A stretch of DNA of 61,344 nucleotides, the filler included, from Sphacelaria rigidula (lineage: Eukaryota): assembly GCA_964200075.2 (NCBI GenBank). It is 6 parts of 6 records of this genome, joined end to end, with 100 filler letters (N's around TTAATTAATTAA, not from the genome) between each part and the next. Parts side by side here need not be neighbours in the genome. Positions count along the whole stretch, not along the records: positions 20,484 to 30,624 come from CAXNAA020007045.1; positions 30,725 to 40,864 come from CAXNAA020007046.1; 4 more parts are not named here. One strand, written 5' to 3'. A program made the position numbers and the translations under genes. Below, piece by piece: positions 24,086 to 36,308 of this stretch (position 1 is its first letter; each line of letters starts with the position of its first letter). The notes under the pieces are model-generated. The model was given only the letters and a program-made list of their open reading frames with translations. It searched no databases and was not told the origin of the DNA.

Positions 24086-24528
24086 AATACGGGATTTTAC
24101 AAATTAGGGATGGATTTTTCATTGAGGTTGAGAAACCGGGGAATTAAAATCTTTCGTATCCACACCAAATGTTCGGAATACAGATTCACCTCTTCACCTG
24201 CTGGTAGCCATTGACAGCTACTACACGCCATAAAAATTTTCATCCTGGTAACCGACATGGTGGGGCCCTAAGTGACGAAACAATTTTGGGGAATTTAGAT
24301 GTTCCGATCATATCGCCAAATTCCCCAATTTTGCTTTTTCACCTAGGATCCCAACATTTTGGTTATCGAAATCCAAATGTGTGTGGCGTGTAGTAGTTGT
24401 CAATAGCTACGAGTAAGTGAAGAAATGGAACCATATTTCGAAGACTTGGTGTGGATACGAAGATTTCAATTCTCCACGTTTCTCATCCTCAATAATAGAT
24501 CCAGCCCCAATTTGTAAAATCCCGTGTC
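24086..24528. mobile_element. Palindromic MITE, TIR AACACGGGATTTTACAAAT (copy 1)
   Basis: ~150-bp inverted arms; homologous to 29677-30109; flanks ACCG/ACAG. Confidence 0.85.
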
Positions 24529-25191
24529 ACAGATATTTTCATGACTGTTTCTATACGAGAACTGTAATCTTATCCATCCATTTCTCTCCGCAAAAGTCCC
24601 GTTTCAATTACAACATCATGTATTTGACTCCCGGGTGGAAGCATCATGTTATGAACAGATTGTTGCACGCTATTTTGTCTCGGCACAAATGCTGTGGTAA
24701 CGCGACTTCGTGTGAACGAGACATGAATACAGCATGCGGCATTTTGACCTCAAGCGAACAGCAATTGACCCAGCACCAGTTCGTCTTCATTTCAACATCA
24801 CACAGATCGTATAATGTTTCATAGTAGTCACAGTTCATCAGATTGGATCTCGCCGATATGCAGCAAGGCAGGGCCAAGCGTCATTCACGCGTGGTATATC
24901 CTTCAAACCGGCAAATCAATCCCAAGCGGAGAGCATGGTGCTTTCGGCACAGGCGACATTTTCCTTCTCGTATTGGTGGTGTTGAGGACTCAATCATCAG
25001 CTTCGCTTTGTCTCTCCGAGAGTATTTAAACATCAAGGCCTCACCCAGTTTAGTTCTTTTCCGACAGAACCCAACTGGATGCAAGGGGACGTCTTTGTAA
25101 CACTTGTGAACGGATACAACTACCGTTTCAGGCTGGGCCGTCGTCAGATCCACAATCAGCTCCCCGGGTTAGCTAGTTAATAGCTAGCCCA

Positions 25192-26244
25192 TCATCGTAC
25201 TGACCCTCCACCACTAGGCTGCGATCTACAGCACCCCTTTTTAGGCCAAGGGTTGAAAAGTCCTCGGACTGGACCTGGTTCGACGTAGGATCGCCGCGTC
25301 ACCATACTCATCTTCCCCGAACAATCGACGTCGTCATCATGCGTAGCCGCCGATCTTGATAATAGCTCTGCCGGGTTCGACCACGTAGGGAATTTATACA
25401 CCGTGTAGAAACACGATCCTATGGCTCCTTCATGGTCTCGCAACTCGGCTAAGTCGTCATCTTCACGTCTTGCATCTTCGTCTTGCTGAGTGTCGGACTC
25501 GACCCGTGAACTGCTCATGCGTTCGTGTCATTCACCGTGTATTTTCTCACCTGTAACTGGGTCATCTCTCCCATCTTCATCTTCATACTTGACACGATAG
25601 TACGGTTGACGGGAATCGGAAACCAACTCCTCACATTCCCGCTGCTGACATTTACTATATGCGAACCGTGTACGGATCTTCGTTCCTCGGGGGAACTGCT
25701 GTGACGCTTCATCCCGAGCGATTGAGTCCCTCGCCTCTCGGGATAACGTAGTGGATAGACGTGATCGGGTTTGTGGGCAATACAGTCCCCACAAGGCATG
25801 GAATACGTCCAGTTGTAGCCCGATAAGGATATCTAAAGCCTCCTCCTCGGATAGCCAGTGCGACTCCGCTCCATCGTGATGCAAGCCCCGATACTCCCAC
25901 AACCACGACGATCCTGGTCCCAGCACCACTTTCCTATCCATCAGAGTGTACAACGATGACTCCGACGCAATAGCCGCTGCCAGTCTCAAGTCAGCCCCCC
26001 ACGCTAGTTGTGGATACTCGTCTGAGAATGAGTGTCGTGAATGTTTTGGCCGCACATGAAACTTCTTCATGTTAGCCGCGGAAGCCGTCCGCTCGCGTGT
26101 CTTGCGCCCACGCATCCTGACTTTGAGGCTGAGACCCGGTATCACCACTTGTTGCACTGCCCATGGCCCTGTCCATAGATCGTGAACTAGTTTGGCAGGT
26201 ACATTCTCATCCATAACGGATCTGTCTGACTCTTCAACTTGCAT
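25192..26244 (-). pseudogene. Ty3/Gypsy integrase C-terminal fragment (GPY/F motif, chromo-like and Tudor-like segments)
   Basis: KLVHDLWTGPWAVQQV; WEYRGLHHDGAESHWLSEEE; GTKIRTRF..YYRVKYEDEDG; purine-rich GGTGGAGGG on minus at ~25204-25212. Confidence 0.7.
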
Positions 26245-27375
26245 TAAATCCTCTACTTGAGCTTGTATTCTGGCCGACTAGCGTGTCATCTCGGCGTTTC
26301 TGGCTGATCTCACCTCATTACTTCGCTGATGGCGTTGAGCTATTAACTCTTGAACATTCTTACGGTTCTGTCGTTGTTGGGCCACCGTATTATTCAATGG
26401 TAACTCTGCTTTCGGTGAAACAGCGTCTAATTGAGTCCGAGCCTTGTCAAGAGGATGGGCTGGAGACTTGTATTATTTCTCTACTCTGTTGTTGGGTGCT
26501 GAGCCACTTCTGTTGTTGACGGCAAGGATGCGCTTGAAAGCACTGTCTGTATACGACATACAATCAAAGCCTTCTACGAAGAAAGGCTAAAGGGACGAAG
26601 TCAAGATGAGCGGAAACGAACAAGACCAGGACAACCGTGATCATAAACAAATTCAAGCACAAAAAACAAGGCGAAAAACAGAAAACAAAACCAAGATAAA
26701 ACAGAATAAAAAAAAGAAGCTACTGTTCGCTCCTGTCATACAGCACAAAACGTCCTGCTTTTACGAGCTGCTCCGTCGAGTGCTATCCTCTGCTCCTTTT
26801 GCATTACGTCATTTTCTAGTTTCCCGCCATCGCTGCGGTGGGTTTGCTCAGATTCGGGGCAAATCGTAAGAGCTCTTCATGTGACAGTTCCTCCCAGTCC
26901 TCGTCGTCGTATCTCACTCTCCCGACGCACATGTCGTAGTCCAACACCCACCCTTACTGAGTGGCGTCGCCCAATTTCTTGGACGTGACACTTGAAGAAA
27001 AACCCCTGTGCGACAAGGGGGGTCTCGTCTCAAGGCGATCAAGCGAATCAGCGATGTGCGTGGTAAGTGGGCAAGAAAGAGCCCGAGCGGAAGTATAGTG
27101 GAGGCCAGTGATGAATTTGGTGACAAAGTGTGCGGCGCCAAGACATCAGGTGCCTCAATTTTGGAACGACCAACACTTGATTACCCGCGACACTTGTGAG
27201 TCACGTTGCTATCTGCTTTTGTTACCCTGATCCCGCCAGATCTCTTTATTTCTGCCCGAACAGGGTCGTCTCGTTGGTGCCCTCGCGATCGCCGCTGAAT
27301 CCGTGAGGTGGAGATCCGAAGATGCACTCGGAGCACATACCTCCCTGCTCCAGGCACTCCGTACGGACCACTGTA

Positions 27376-27560
27376 AGGGGTGACCATGTCGTAGCTGAAC
27401 AGTCAGTGACTGGTCCGAACTTCCTGCTGACTCAAGTACAGCCCTAAGGGTTGGAAGTCTTTACACTCCAGCCGTGCAGTCTCGTATCACGGGTGTCATT
27501 CGTGCCTTGGTGTAGAAACGTCTGTGACTGGTAAGAGTTATTATGCGTTTGTCTACGAAC
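27376..27560 (-). mobile_element. Possible LTR end plus primer-binding site fragment
   Basis: Minus strand reads ...CTACGACA|TGGTCACCCC; other LTR boundary not found. Confidence 0.35.
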
Positions 27561-28099
27561 CGATCAGCGTTATTCCTTTTCGATTATATGAAGGCGGTGT
27601 TTTCAAAGGTTGGGCGTCGAGATGGGGCGAACCTAATATGTGATGAGGCCGAAACTTGCACGATGTGTTGACTGGTAACACGGCAACGTGTCACAGTCAC
27701 AGGTTCAATGGCGCGAACAGCTGAGGACGGGGTGCGCATTGGAACCGTGGATGCCACCAACAACTTTGTATTTTTATGTTCAACACTACTTGCTGTCTGG
27801 CGAAAATTATAGCGGATACGGTATCAATCAGGCACGCAAGCAGCACCAGATGCTGGCAGCCTTATCATTCATCTTCGCCCGGTTTTGGATGAACGCTCGA
27901 AGAAACAGAGCTAAGAGGCATCGTTTAGGCTGTCTCTGAAGGTCTGGGCTGAACGTTCGTGCTCCATCTCGCTTGACGGGTGTACGTTGAGCTCCTGTCG
28001 CGCGCAGAGTGCGATTTGGCAAGGACCCTCGCCGGCGTACCCGGCAAGGGGGTAATGTCACGCTACAGAGACAGTACCACAACTTCCGCGTAGGGAGAA

Positions 28100-28850
28100 C
28101 TGATACCCTGGTAGCTCCGAGTGTGGTTGGTCTGGTATTGTTTTCCCGGTACAAACTTAGAGTATGGTGGAGAAGGGTCTGTACGATGCCGTGTTGGTTA
28201 TTGCCAGATTTCCACTTCTTTCCCACTTCCACTTTGCCAAGGTCTTGCAGAGAAAATGACGATGTCAGCACGTTACATCATATGTGCAAAAGTGCTAGCG
28301 TGTATGCCAAGGGGTCAGTTATTTCTACGTAGCTTCGCCGAAGGCACAGACAATCATTCAAACTCAGGAGGCGGCCTTACAGTTCTGAATGCGCCACCTA
28401 GGGCGAACACATACTTGACGAATGTCCCACGCTCATCTACGTAAAATTCACGGGGTAGTCGTGACGCTAGAAATGCAGTGTGATGAATGACCCCGACGCA
28501 GCCCTTGCCCAAGGCCTCAATGCTGTGTGTGGATGGTGCGCAGTCTTCATACACAATTAGCAACAACGCTGCATTGGAATTGCGCCCACAGACAGGGCGG
28601 GGATCGCATGTACGAGAACGCGGTACCAACTTTGTCCTGTACTCCTGTTTACAACCGCGGTTTCACTTGCAGCCGCTTGTGATAAGCGCAGTGACGTTTT
28701 TGCTGTGTGGTGCGGCTTTCTTCCCTTTACTGGCACCCTTGTTGAGCCAGCTGTCCGTGCTGATTATGATCACCCCTCTTGCTACATTGACTTCTGCACT
28801 GAGCCCAGTAAAATTGACACCGCGGAGCACGACTGCTGCAACTGAAACGT
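28100..28850 (-). pseudogene. Possible Mutator-like (MULE) transposase relic
   Basis: EFYVDERGTFVKYVFALGGAFRTVRP resembles the segment preceding the first MULE catalytic Asp; neighbouring short protein-like frames. Confidence 0.35.
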
Positions 28851-28910
28851 AAATAACCGAATAAGTCACCGCTTTCAAAGCCTCCATATCATCGAACAGG
28901 AAAACACTGC

Positions 28911-29158
28911 GATGCCGCATTAGCCCCCCCAGAAAAGTGGTTGGTTTGATGAGGCAAAATCTATATGTAGACCAAACTGGCAAAAGTCGAGCACACACCG
29001 AGCAGCAGGGAGCTCCCACGCTTGAGATCGTTTTCGCCAACTTAGCCCATATGAGAGGCTTCGCGCATTCTAAAAGCAGCTATCATGCGCTGTACGATCG
29101 TTCTCTTCATGGTAGGTTTGGGGCTGGTTTTGGGGGGGAGGGTATCGCGGCATCACTC
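28911..29158. mobile_element. MITE of GAGTGATGC family, inverted copy of 5182-5417
   Basis: Reverse complement aligns throughout; right end GCGGCATCACTC|TGCA, left end clipped. Confidence 0.8.
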
Positions 29159-29676
29159 TGCAGTTCGGAGAGATTATTCGGATTAGGAAAGGCAGGAACT
29201 GCTGGTGAAGATAACGCGGGTTTACGCGCTTGAAATATTAACTTGTGCTGCGAAATGTTCAGGCGTGGCGAATATCATGCCGTTTGGACAAGCAGTTTGA
29301 GTTAGGAGGCGCATCGGTCAACGAGTAGTGGAAATGTGGCACGAGTTCGATTCTCGGATTGGTCACCATGAGCGGGTTAAATGCTTTGGGTGCTCATCGA
29401 CCCACACATCACGGGGTGCAGGGTCAAACTGTATCGACTGTGTTTGCCCTCAAGGGATGTCATCACCACTGAGGCACGCCAGCACTTACCGGTTCGAGCT
29501 TGATGCACGCACTATCAAGCATAGGACTCACTTCAGTGCATGTGCAAGGGTGATCCATAGAGAAGTCTTCAAGAGGATGGGCTGAAAGCTTGTATTATTT
29601 CCTTAATCTGTTATTGGGTGCTGGAGCACTTTCGTTGTGAGCGGCAAGGGTGCGCTTGAAAGTACTATCTGGAATG

Positions 29677-30109
29677 AACACGAGATTTTACAAATTGAGG
29701 ATGGATCTTTTATTGGGGATGAAAACCCGGAGAATTAAAATCTTTGCATCTACACCAAATCTTCGAAGTATGCTCCCATTTCTTCACTTGCTGGTAGCAA
29801 TTGACAACTACTACACGCCATACACATTTGGATTTCGATAATCGAAATGTCGGGGTCCAAGGTGAAAAACCAATTTGGGGGGATTATAGGTGTCCGATCG
29901 GACGCCAAAATTGGTTTTTCACCTATAAGACCCCGATAATTCGATTATCGAAATCCAAAAACGTATGGCGTGTCGTAGTTGCCAATAGCTACCGGCAAGT
30001 GAAGAAATGGAAGCATACTTCGAAAATTTGGTGCGGATACGAAGATTTTAGTTCTCCGGGTCTTCATCCCCAATGAAAGATCCATCCCCAATCTGTAAAA
30101 TCCCGTGTT
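29677..30109. mobile_element. Palindromic MITE (copy 2), inserted in a dispersed repeat
   Basis: AACACGAGATTTTAC / GTAAAATCCCGTGTT; flanks AATG/AATA; empty paralogous site at ~26550. Confidence 0.85.
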
Positions 30110-30466
30110 AATACGATATCCATACTTTACAATTGGAATTCGACATACTGCACGCGAAGTACGTACTCCAAAACGCCAACTACCCATGCGGCTGATATCA
30201 CCCCTACAGGAATCTAGAACTCCAAATTTCCAGAAATGGTCGATTGAAGCCTGAAACAGTGTCACTACCGAGATACCTCCAGGCCTCATACGGGGTCGCA
30301 TACTCTTCCTATAGAGACTTGCACTGAAACCTCTGATACCGCTGAGTAGGATATCGACGTGTAGCTGTAAGCACAAAACGTTGTTACATACAGAACACGC
30401 AACAAAAAAGTGGTCACGGTAGAGCGAAAAAACACCTCAATCAAATGCTGGACACTCTTGCCGGTC

Positions 30467-30624
30467 GCCCCGGTGGCTCAGTTGGTAACCTCGTAACCTC
30501 CTGACGGTTGAGTTCGATTCCCGGAGCGATCTGGGATCTTTTCTCACACCATGCTCAACAGGACAGAGCGATTATGTCGTGGGTACACAAAATTCGACTT
30601 AACGGTCGACGAGGGGAAGGGACT
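30467..30624 (+). mobile_element. tRNA-derived SINE, cut by contig edge
   Basis: A-box TGGCTCAGTTGG (30474-30485), B-box-like GAGTTCGATTCC (30510-30521); no intact cloverleaf; non-tRNA body follows. Confidence 0.7.
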
Positions 30625-30724
30625 NNNNNNNNNNNNNNNNNNNNNNNNNNNNNNNNNNNNNNNNNNNNTTAATTAATTAANNNNNNNNNNNNNNNNNNNN
30701 NNNNNNNNNNNNNNNNNNNNNNNN

Positions 30725-30923
30725 AGCCCCAACTCAGAGTTAAACCTCAATTCGCACAATTTGCTGTTACCTTGTATTATCCCGGAGTGCCATCCAGGCT
30801 GCTCCATGACCACACCAGGGTATCACCCCTGTGTTCAGGTCATCATCCATATCATCACAACAGACGCCAAGCCATTATCCAATCCTCACTTTGTACTCAA
30901 CGTGACAACGTAATTTCGTCACA
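30725..30923 (-). repeat. 3' LTR (truncated at contig edge)
   Basis: 30770-30923 matches 36407-36560 with 11 substitutions in 154 bp (manual count). Confidence 0.9.
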
Positions 30924-31029
30924 GCACCCCCAAAGCGCGTTGGACGAGAATCGACCAACAAGCTTGACTCTCAGAAAAATGATGACAAAGCGATTGAGCA
31001 AGTCGCAACTGAATCCCAACCTCACGCTT

Positions 31030-33933
31030 TATGCGAGCAGCAATGGAGCGAGTCACTCGCACCTTACGCTACTCCTTCTTGAAAATTTCCGGGGAGGCCC
31101 CAGTACTATTTTCAAAAGGCTCCTTCGTACCTTCCTCGACTTCAAAACCTACCCAGTCGACCAAGACGATCAACGAACGATCCTTTGCCTCTGCCACGCG
31201 AACAATTCTAGCCATCTGAAATTGCCCCTGGTTGAAAGCGTGCTGAAACACATCCTTTACGTCTGCCGTTACATTAAGCCTTGAGTGCGCATAAAAACGC
31301 AGACGAGCTACATGGGCGATCTGAACACGACCTGAAACAATGTTTTGGATCTCAAAGATATGCGGGTGATGAGAACCAACCACTCTCCACGGACCAGTCT
31401 ACGTCGCCGTCAATTTAAGCGTAACTCTCGGGCGACGCACACGTGCATACAAAACATAATCGCCTACTCCGAAATTTGGCAATTACAGCCCCGACGAAGA
31501 CGCCTCACGTCTACGCGCACGTTCAGCGGCAACACGCTCCCGCACTTGAACGTGGAAACTTTCCTGCAACTCCAAGACTCGTTGCAACGCACGCTTTAGT
31601 TGCGCATCGTTTAAGACATCACAGTTTCACTCCCCCGCCAACGAGGACGCCAACACCGAGAAATACGTCCGAGGGGCACGACCAAACATCACGTGGTACG
31701 GCGTACTATCGTACCGACGGCGATATGCTGTATTCAGCGCCCATTGCACAGCAGGTAACACATCCACCTACTCGGTCACCTTTTGACGCTGCTCGAGAAG
31801 AATAGAGCGAAGAGCACGAACTACTTCCTTTACCATGCGTTCGCACGTACCGTTAGACCCCCGAGAATACGCTCCCGCAAACTGGTGATTAACGCGCAAA
31901 GCCTATCGCAATCGGGCAAATATCGCATTCTTGAAATGCGAGGCGGTATCACTCATCCACACACGGGGCACCCCCAAGGTTTTGCACCAAATCAGCAAAG
32001 ATGTAGCGGTCGATTCAGCAGTCAACACTGCTACTGGTTCCAGAGCCACAAACTTGCGCAAAATCATCCATGATTACCAAAATGTATTGGAACCCAGCAT
32101 CCTCCGACAAACCTTCGGAAGCACGGGCCACTCTCGGCCACGTACAAGAAGTCAACAGGAAGTATTCGGCGTGGTCCCATGGACCGTTTCACCGAGCAAG
32201 CTGGGAACAACATCGCCCGCCCTCGAGTCAGCACAGTGAAGACACTGGCGGACAAATTTGCGCACATGAGTTGCTATCCCCTGCCAAACACAAAACTCTT
32301 GCAAGCGAACGAGTGTCGCAGCCACAACACGATGCCCGGCGTCGCGCATGTGCGCGCAAATCATCAGCCGTACCTGCCACTGCTTATCAGAACTCGGAAT
32401 CCACAAAATATTTCGGCCACGTACATGCACACGAAGCATTGTCCAAAATAGCAGTACCAACATTCGATTCGAAAAATTGCACATCCGCATCTTCGGCGGT
32501 ATTATTGTTGCGTTTTGCGGACAACAGATTTGGACGGCATCGAGTCATCAGGTTCACACGGACCATACACAGCCACAGCGCGCGCAGGCAAAGTGGGAAT
32601 ATTTACCCAGCGCGACATCAAGTCACCCCACGCGCTACGTTCACCTGAAATATGACAAATCGTGTACCGATACTGCCCTAATAATACGCCTTCGACACAG
32701 ACATCACGCATGCCTCCGGGTTGCGAATGTACGCTAGATTGCGGTGATCCGTGAAAATGTGCACGCCATTTCACAATAGCTGCTCGAGACGACGAAACGT
32801 GCTCACGATAGCAAAACCTTTCTTGTCAATGGTTGCCCAACGCATCTGTGAACCCTTGAAATTACCACTAAGAAGAGCCAGCGGCTCATGCGTCATGTCT
32901 TCAACCGGCAAACGTTGTTGCATTTCTGCATCAGGCACCTGCGTTACAAAACTACCCCAATGACACTCGGATGCATCCGGAAACATCAGCACCTGGCAAC
33001 CGGGGCGGGGATGGAACAGCGTCACGGTATGAGCCACCAGATCCTTCGCTGCGGCCCATACCTGCAGCCTGTCCTCCGTCCACGAGGCGGGTGGAAAAAC
33101 ACAATTTTTGCCACCCGCTTCGTGCGCCTTGCAGCCCCCACCATGAGTTCCTCCAGGAAAACGCGCAAGGGCGCCACTACTTCGGCCATTCGTGGCAACG
33201 AGGTACGCATCGAGTTCATTGCGTGCAGGAATTGCATAAATTCTGCGCCTGTTTCTGGACGCCGCATGTCAGACAAACCTTGCAAGCGGACCAGGTCATG
33301 CGAGACGCGGCCGTGTGAATTTACTTTCCCACACCACACTAGTTCACTAGCAAAAAAGGTACACTTGTGGGCAGCTGCAAACAGACCAACACTCTCTAAG
33401 CGAGTCAAGATTGCATCAAGCGTATCCAATAGTTCGTCTTCCGTATCGGCGAAGAAAAAGACACCATCCACCCAAATCTTGCATTTCAAGCCATCTAAAA
33501 GGTCTACCATGACAACTTGAAAATATGAAGTAGCATTCAACACGCCTTGCGGTACTCATTGCGGGGTTAACATACGAAACGGAGTCGTGATGGTGAATAT
33601 CTCTCGCGCCTCTTCGGCCAACGGGATCTGCCAGACCCTGTAGGAGGTCCAACTTACCGAAGCATCGCGCACTCAACAGGTCTATCATGTCGGATTCCTG
33701 ATTGGGCATGACACCCGGCGACTTCTCCACCTGATCATTGACGGCTCCGTAATCGCTGACAAGACGGAAATATACCTTCTTCGGCACCGCCATCGCTGGA
33801 CCGGAGCACACCGCCTGTAGATTCCTGAACACCAACCCAAACGCCACAAGAGCTCCCGTACAAGAAGCTAACCAACTGGACGTCACCGGATCATACCTCC
33901 TCGGTCTTGCCTTCACCGCGGCCGCCCCTAGCT
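31030..33933 (-). pseudogene. Disrupted pol: RT, RNase H, integrase, chromodomain
   Basis: FRLVSDY, KLDLLQG, LNATSYFQ, WVDG (degraded YxDD), FPDASECHWG, HMRDAGH..CLHC, LVDWVGFEVEEGTKEP; several frameshifts and stops. Confidence 0.92.
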
Positions 33934-35991
33934 TCAGTGTAATCCTCCTGGTTCCACGATCGCAGGGGGATCACCCCTCAGCGCACGACAAAACCCGTTA
34001 ACGTGGCGATACAATATGCCACGCAAGCGCTCCGCTTTTGAGACGTTGAGGCCATTTCCCACAGCATCCGTCACGCTTTCCTCCAGCGCAGCCATTCGCG
34101 CAGACTCCTCTTCTGCCGGCTCCATAAATATATCGGGGCCACGCTCCACCAAGCATTCCACCGCCTCATCACGCTCCTCGGACACCTGCTTCCCCGCCTC
34201 CTGAAAAGCATCCACCGACAAGCTCATGCGACGACTGGCCAAAAAAGCAGGCGTCTCGACACTCGAACCGGGCGACAGCATTTGCGTTTTTAGGGACTCT
34301 AACAGCCGATCATACGGATCGACTCCGAGTCCCCGAAGCGTCGGTAAGCCCAACAGAACGACACCATCCGTCCCCGGCTTGATCGCAAATGATATCGGGG
34401 GTATTTTCGCTGCCTCCCAGGTAGTGCTGAACGCCAACTGTAGGGGAATCGTACACTCCGTCGCATTTATACGTTGCTCCGATGCGGTGATGACCTGCGG
34501 AGCCCCGAGCGAAAACGGAATGCGGATTTGCTCTCCGGGGAGTAGACACCCTAGCATCTCCACAATCAGCACCGACGCGCTCGCGAAACGGGCGCCGGAA
34601 TCCAACACAGCGTTGACCGATATGGCTTCCCGCGCCCGTTGATTTGGGAAATATAACTCTGCAGGAATATAATTTCCTTGATCCTCGACCGGCACCTGCT
34701 CCGCCAACCGATTTATCGTGATCCCCACTTGGCGCCACGGCTGCGCATGCGGCGCCGGAATAGACGCCCCCGGTGGGGTCACCGGCACCGCCGGCGGGTA
34801 CGAAGCCCCGCCCGCAGAACTAAATTTCAGCGGTACTCTGGCCGACGCAGCAGCAGATCCAAATTTCAGCTGGAATTCGACCGCCTCAGCAGCAGGCGTC
34901 TCGCCTTGCTCTGCTGCCGGCGACGCCGGCACCGAGCCCGACACTAGAGCGGTCGGTCCCACCTGCACCGCCCGTTGCAGAGCAGCAGCCCCTGCAGCTG
35001 AGCCGGACCCAGAACCGGACCCTTGCTGACGCCGCTGCCCCTGCTGCTGCTGCTGCTGGGAACTCGACTGTACACCTCCACCGCTGGAGGATCCGCCTCC
35101 ACCACCACCCCGATTACCTTTCCCTCCTTTGTGATTGCGAGGGCGCGCGGCACTCGTCTGCCCAGACTCCCCCTTGGAAGGCGTTGGGCACTTCCGTGCG
35201 TAGTGGCCTACCTGGATACACTGAAAGCAAGTAATATTGGCGGCGGCACTGCTTGCGGATTTTGATCCGCGGTTACGTGAGCTCGAAGACTGCGGCGACG
35301 AAGTGGATGCTATTCCGAATACTGCAATCTTCCCCCATGCCTGAGCTTCAGCCACCACGGCATCCATAACTAAGTAGGGGTCTGACTTCCAATTGGTTTC
35401 GTGCTGTAATTGCACAAGCACGGCCTGTTTGAATTCCACCGGTGCCAGACCCTCCACCATCGCTTTCATGATCACCGCAGCGGGCCCTGGACGGAATTTC
35501 CCATCGGAGGAACGATAAACCATCTCGACGTTGGGATTTTCCGAAAAATATGTCTCCACCTTTCCCATGATTGGCTCCACTCTCTCACGCATGGTCTTCC
35601 CCTTGTGGTTCATGGCGACAGCCTTCGCCACGGCCGCGGACGCCTGGGTTAGCTCTACCTCAGCGCCCGCCGCATGCTCTGCATATTTCCTGATAGCTGT
35701 AGCCAATTGGAGCGGCGTTATTGCGTGCTTCTCGTGGATTATTCTCGCCAAGACGCGTTGGAGAGGGGTAGACACGAGATGCGCCATGGAAACCACCTGA
35801 TGCCTTACCGAACCCCCCGCAATCGCATGCTCCACCCTCTTCTTGTATTTCACGTATTTCGTATAAAACGAACGAGAAGCACACTCAGAATACAAATTCT
35901 CGTAACTGGGCGGCCGCAACTCTTCTCTCGGAATAACTGGGGTTACAGTCGTCTCCGAAGGGTCTTCGGTCGGTACCTCTGTAGTCGACAT
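33934..35991 (-). CDS. gag: Gag-protease polyprotein ORF (685 aa)
   Basis: CCHC knuckle CFQCIQVGHYARKC; aspartic protease AVLDSGA and VVLLGLPTL; uninterrupted. Confidence 0.9.
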   Translation of the reverse strand: MSTTEVPTEDPSETTVTPVIPREELRPPSYENLYSECASRSFYTKYVKYKKRVEHAIAGGSVRHQVVSMAHLVSTPLQRVLARIIHEKHAITPLQLATAIRKYAEHAAGAEVELTQASAAVAKAVAMNHKGKTMRERVEPIMGKVETYFSENPNVEMVYRSSDGKFRPGPAAVIMKAMVEGLAPVEFKQAVLVQLQHETNWKSDPYLVMDAVVAEAQAWGKIAVFGIASTSSPQSSSSRNRGSKSASSAAANITCFQCIQVGHYARKCPTPSKGESGQTSAARPRNHKGGKGNRGGGGGGSSSGGGVQSSSQQQQQQGQRRQQGSGSGSGSAAGAAALQRAVQVGPTALVSGSVPASPAAEQGETPAAEAVEFQLKFGSAAASARVPLKFSSAGGASYPPAVPVTPPGASIPAPHAQPWRQVGITINRLAEQVPVEDQGNYIPAELYFPNQRAREAISVNAVLDSGARFASASVLIVEMLGCLLPGEQIRIPFSLGAPQVITASEQRINATECTIPLQLAFSTTWEAAKIPPISFAIKPGTDGVVLLGLPTLRGLGVDPYDRLLESLKTQMLSPGSSVETPAFLASRRMSLSVDAFQEAGKQVSEERDEAVECLVERGPDIFMEPAEEESARMAALEESVTDAVGNGLNVSKAERLRGILYRHVNGFCRALRGDPPAIVEPGGLH

Positions 35992-36308
35992 TTCCGAGCG
36001 GACCTAATCGAAGGCTTCTGAACCTTCTCGAACTCCACAATTCACACCTGCCTTGGTCACCGCTCAACACAGCCGTGGGGTCCTATAAACACCCGCTGCA
36101 CGTAGCTCCAGCAAGTCTCCAGTCAGGATCAATCACGGGCCAGCTGCCTTCGCAGCTACCTCAGCTTTAAACCTCCCCACGCGTCCGTGAAGCAATATGC
36201 CCGAAGCTATCACAAGCTGTCCAGACTTCTCTCTACTGAACATTTTCCAGCAGCAACTAACGGCAGCGCAACTAGCTCGACTAGCACTACTAGCACTAAT
36301 ATCGATAT

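Noticed and set aside
30467-30540. Functional tRNA gene
   Set aside because: A and B boxes present but anticodon arm and acceptor stem do not pair properly; same for 186-260 and the lone B-box at ~1346
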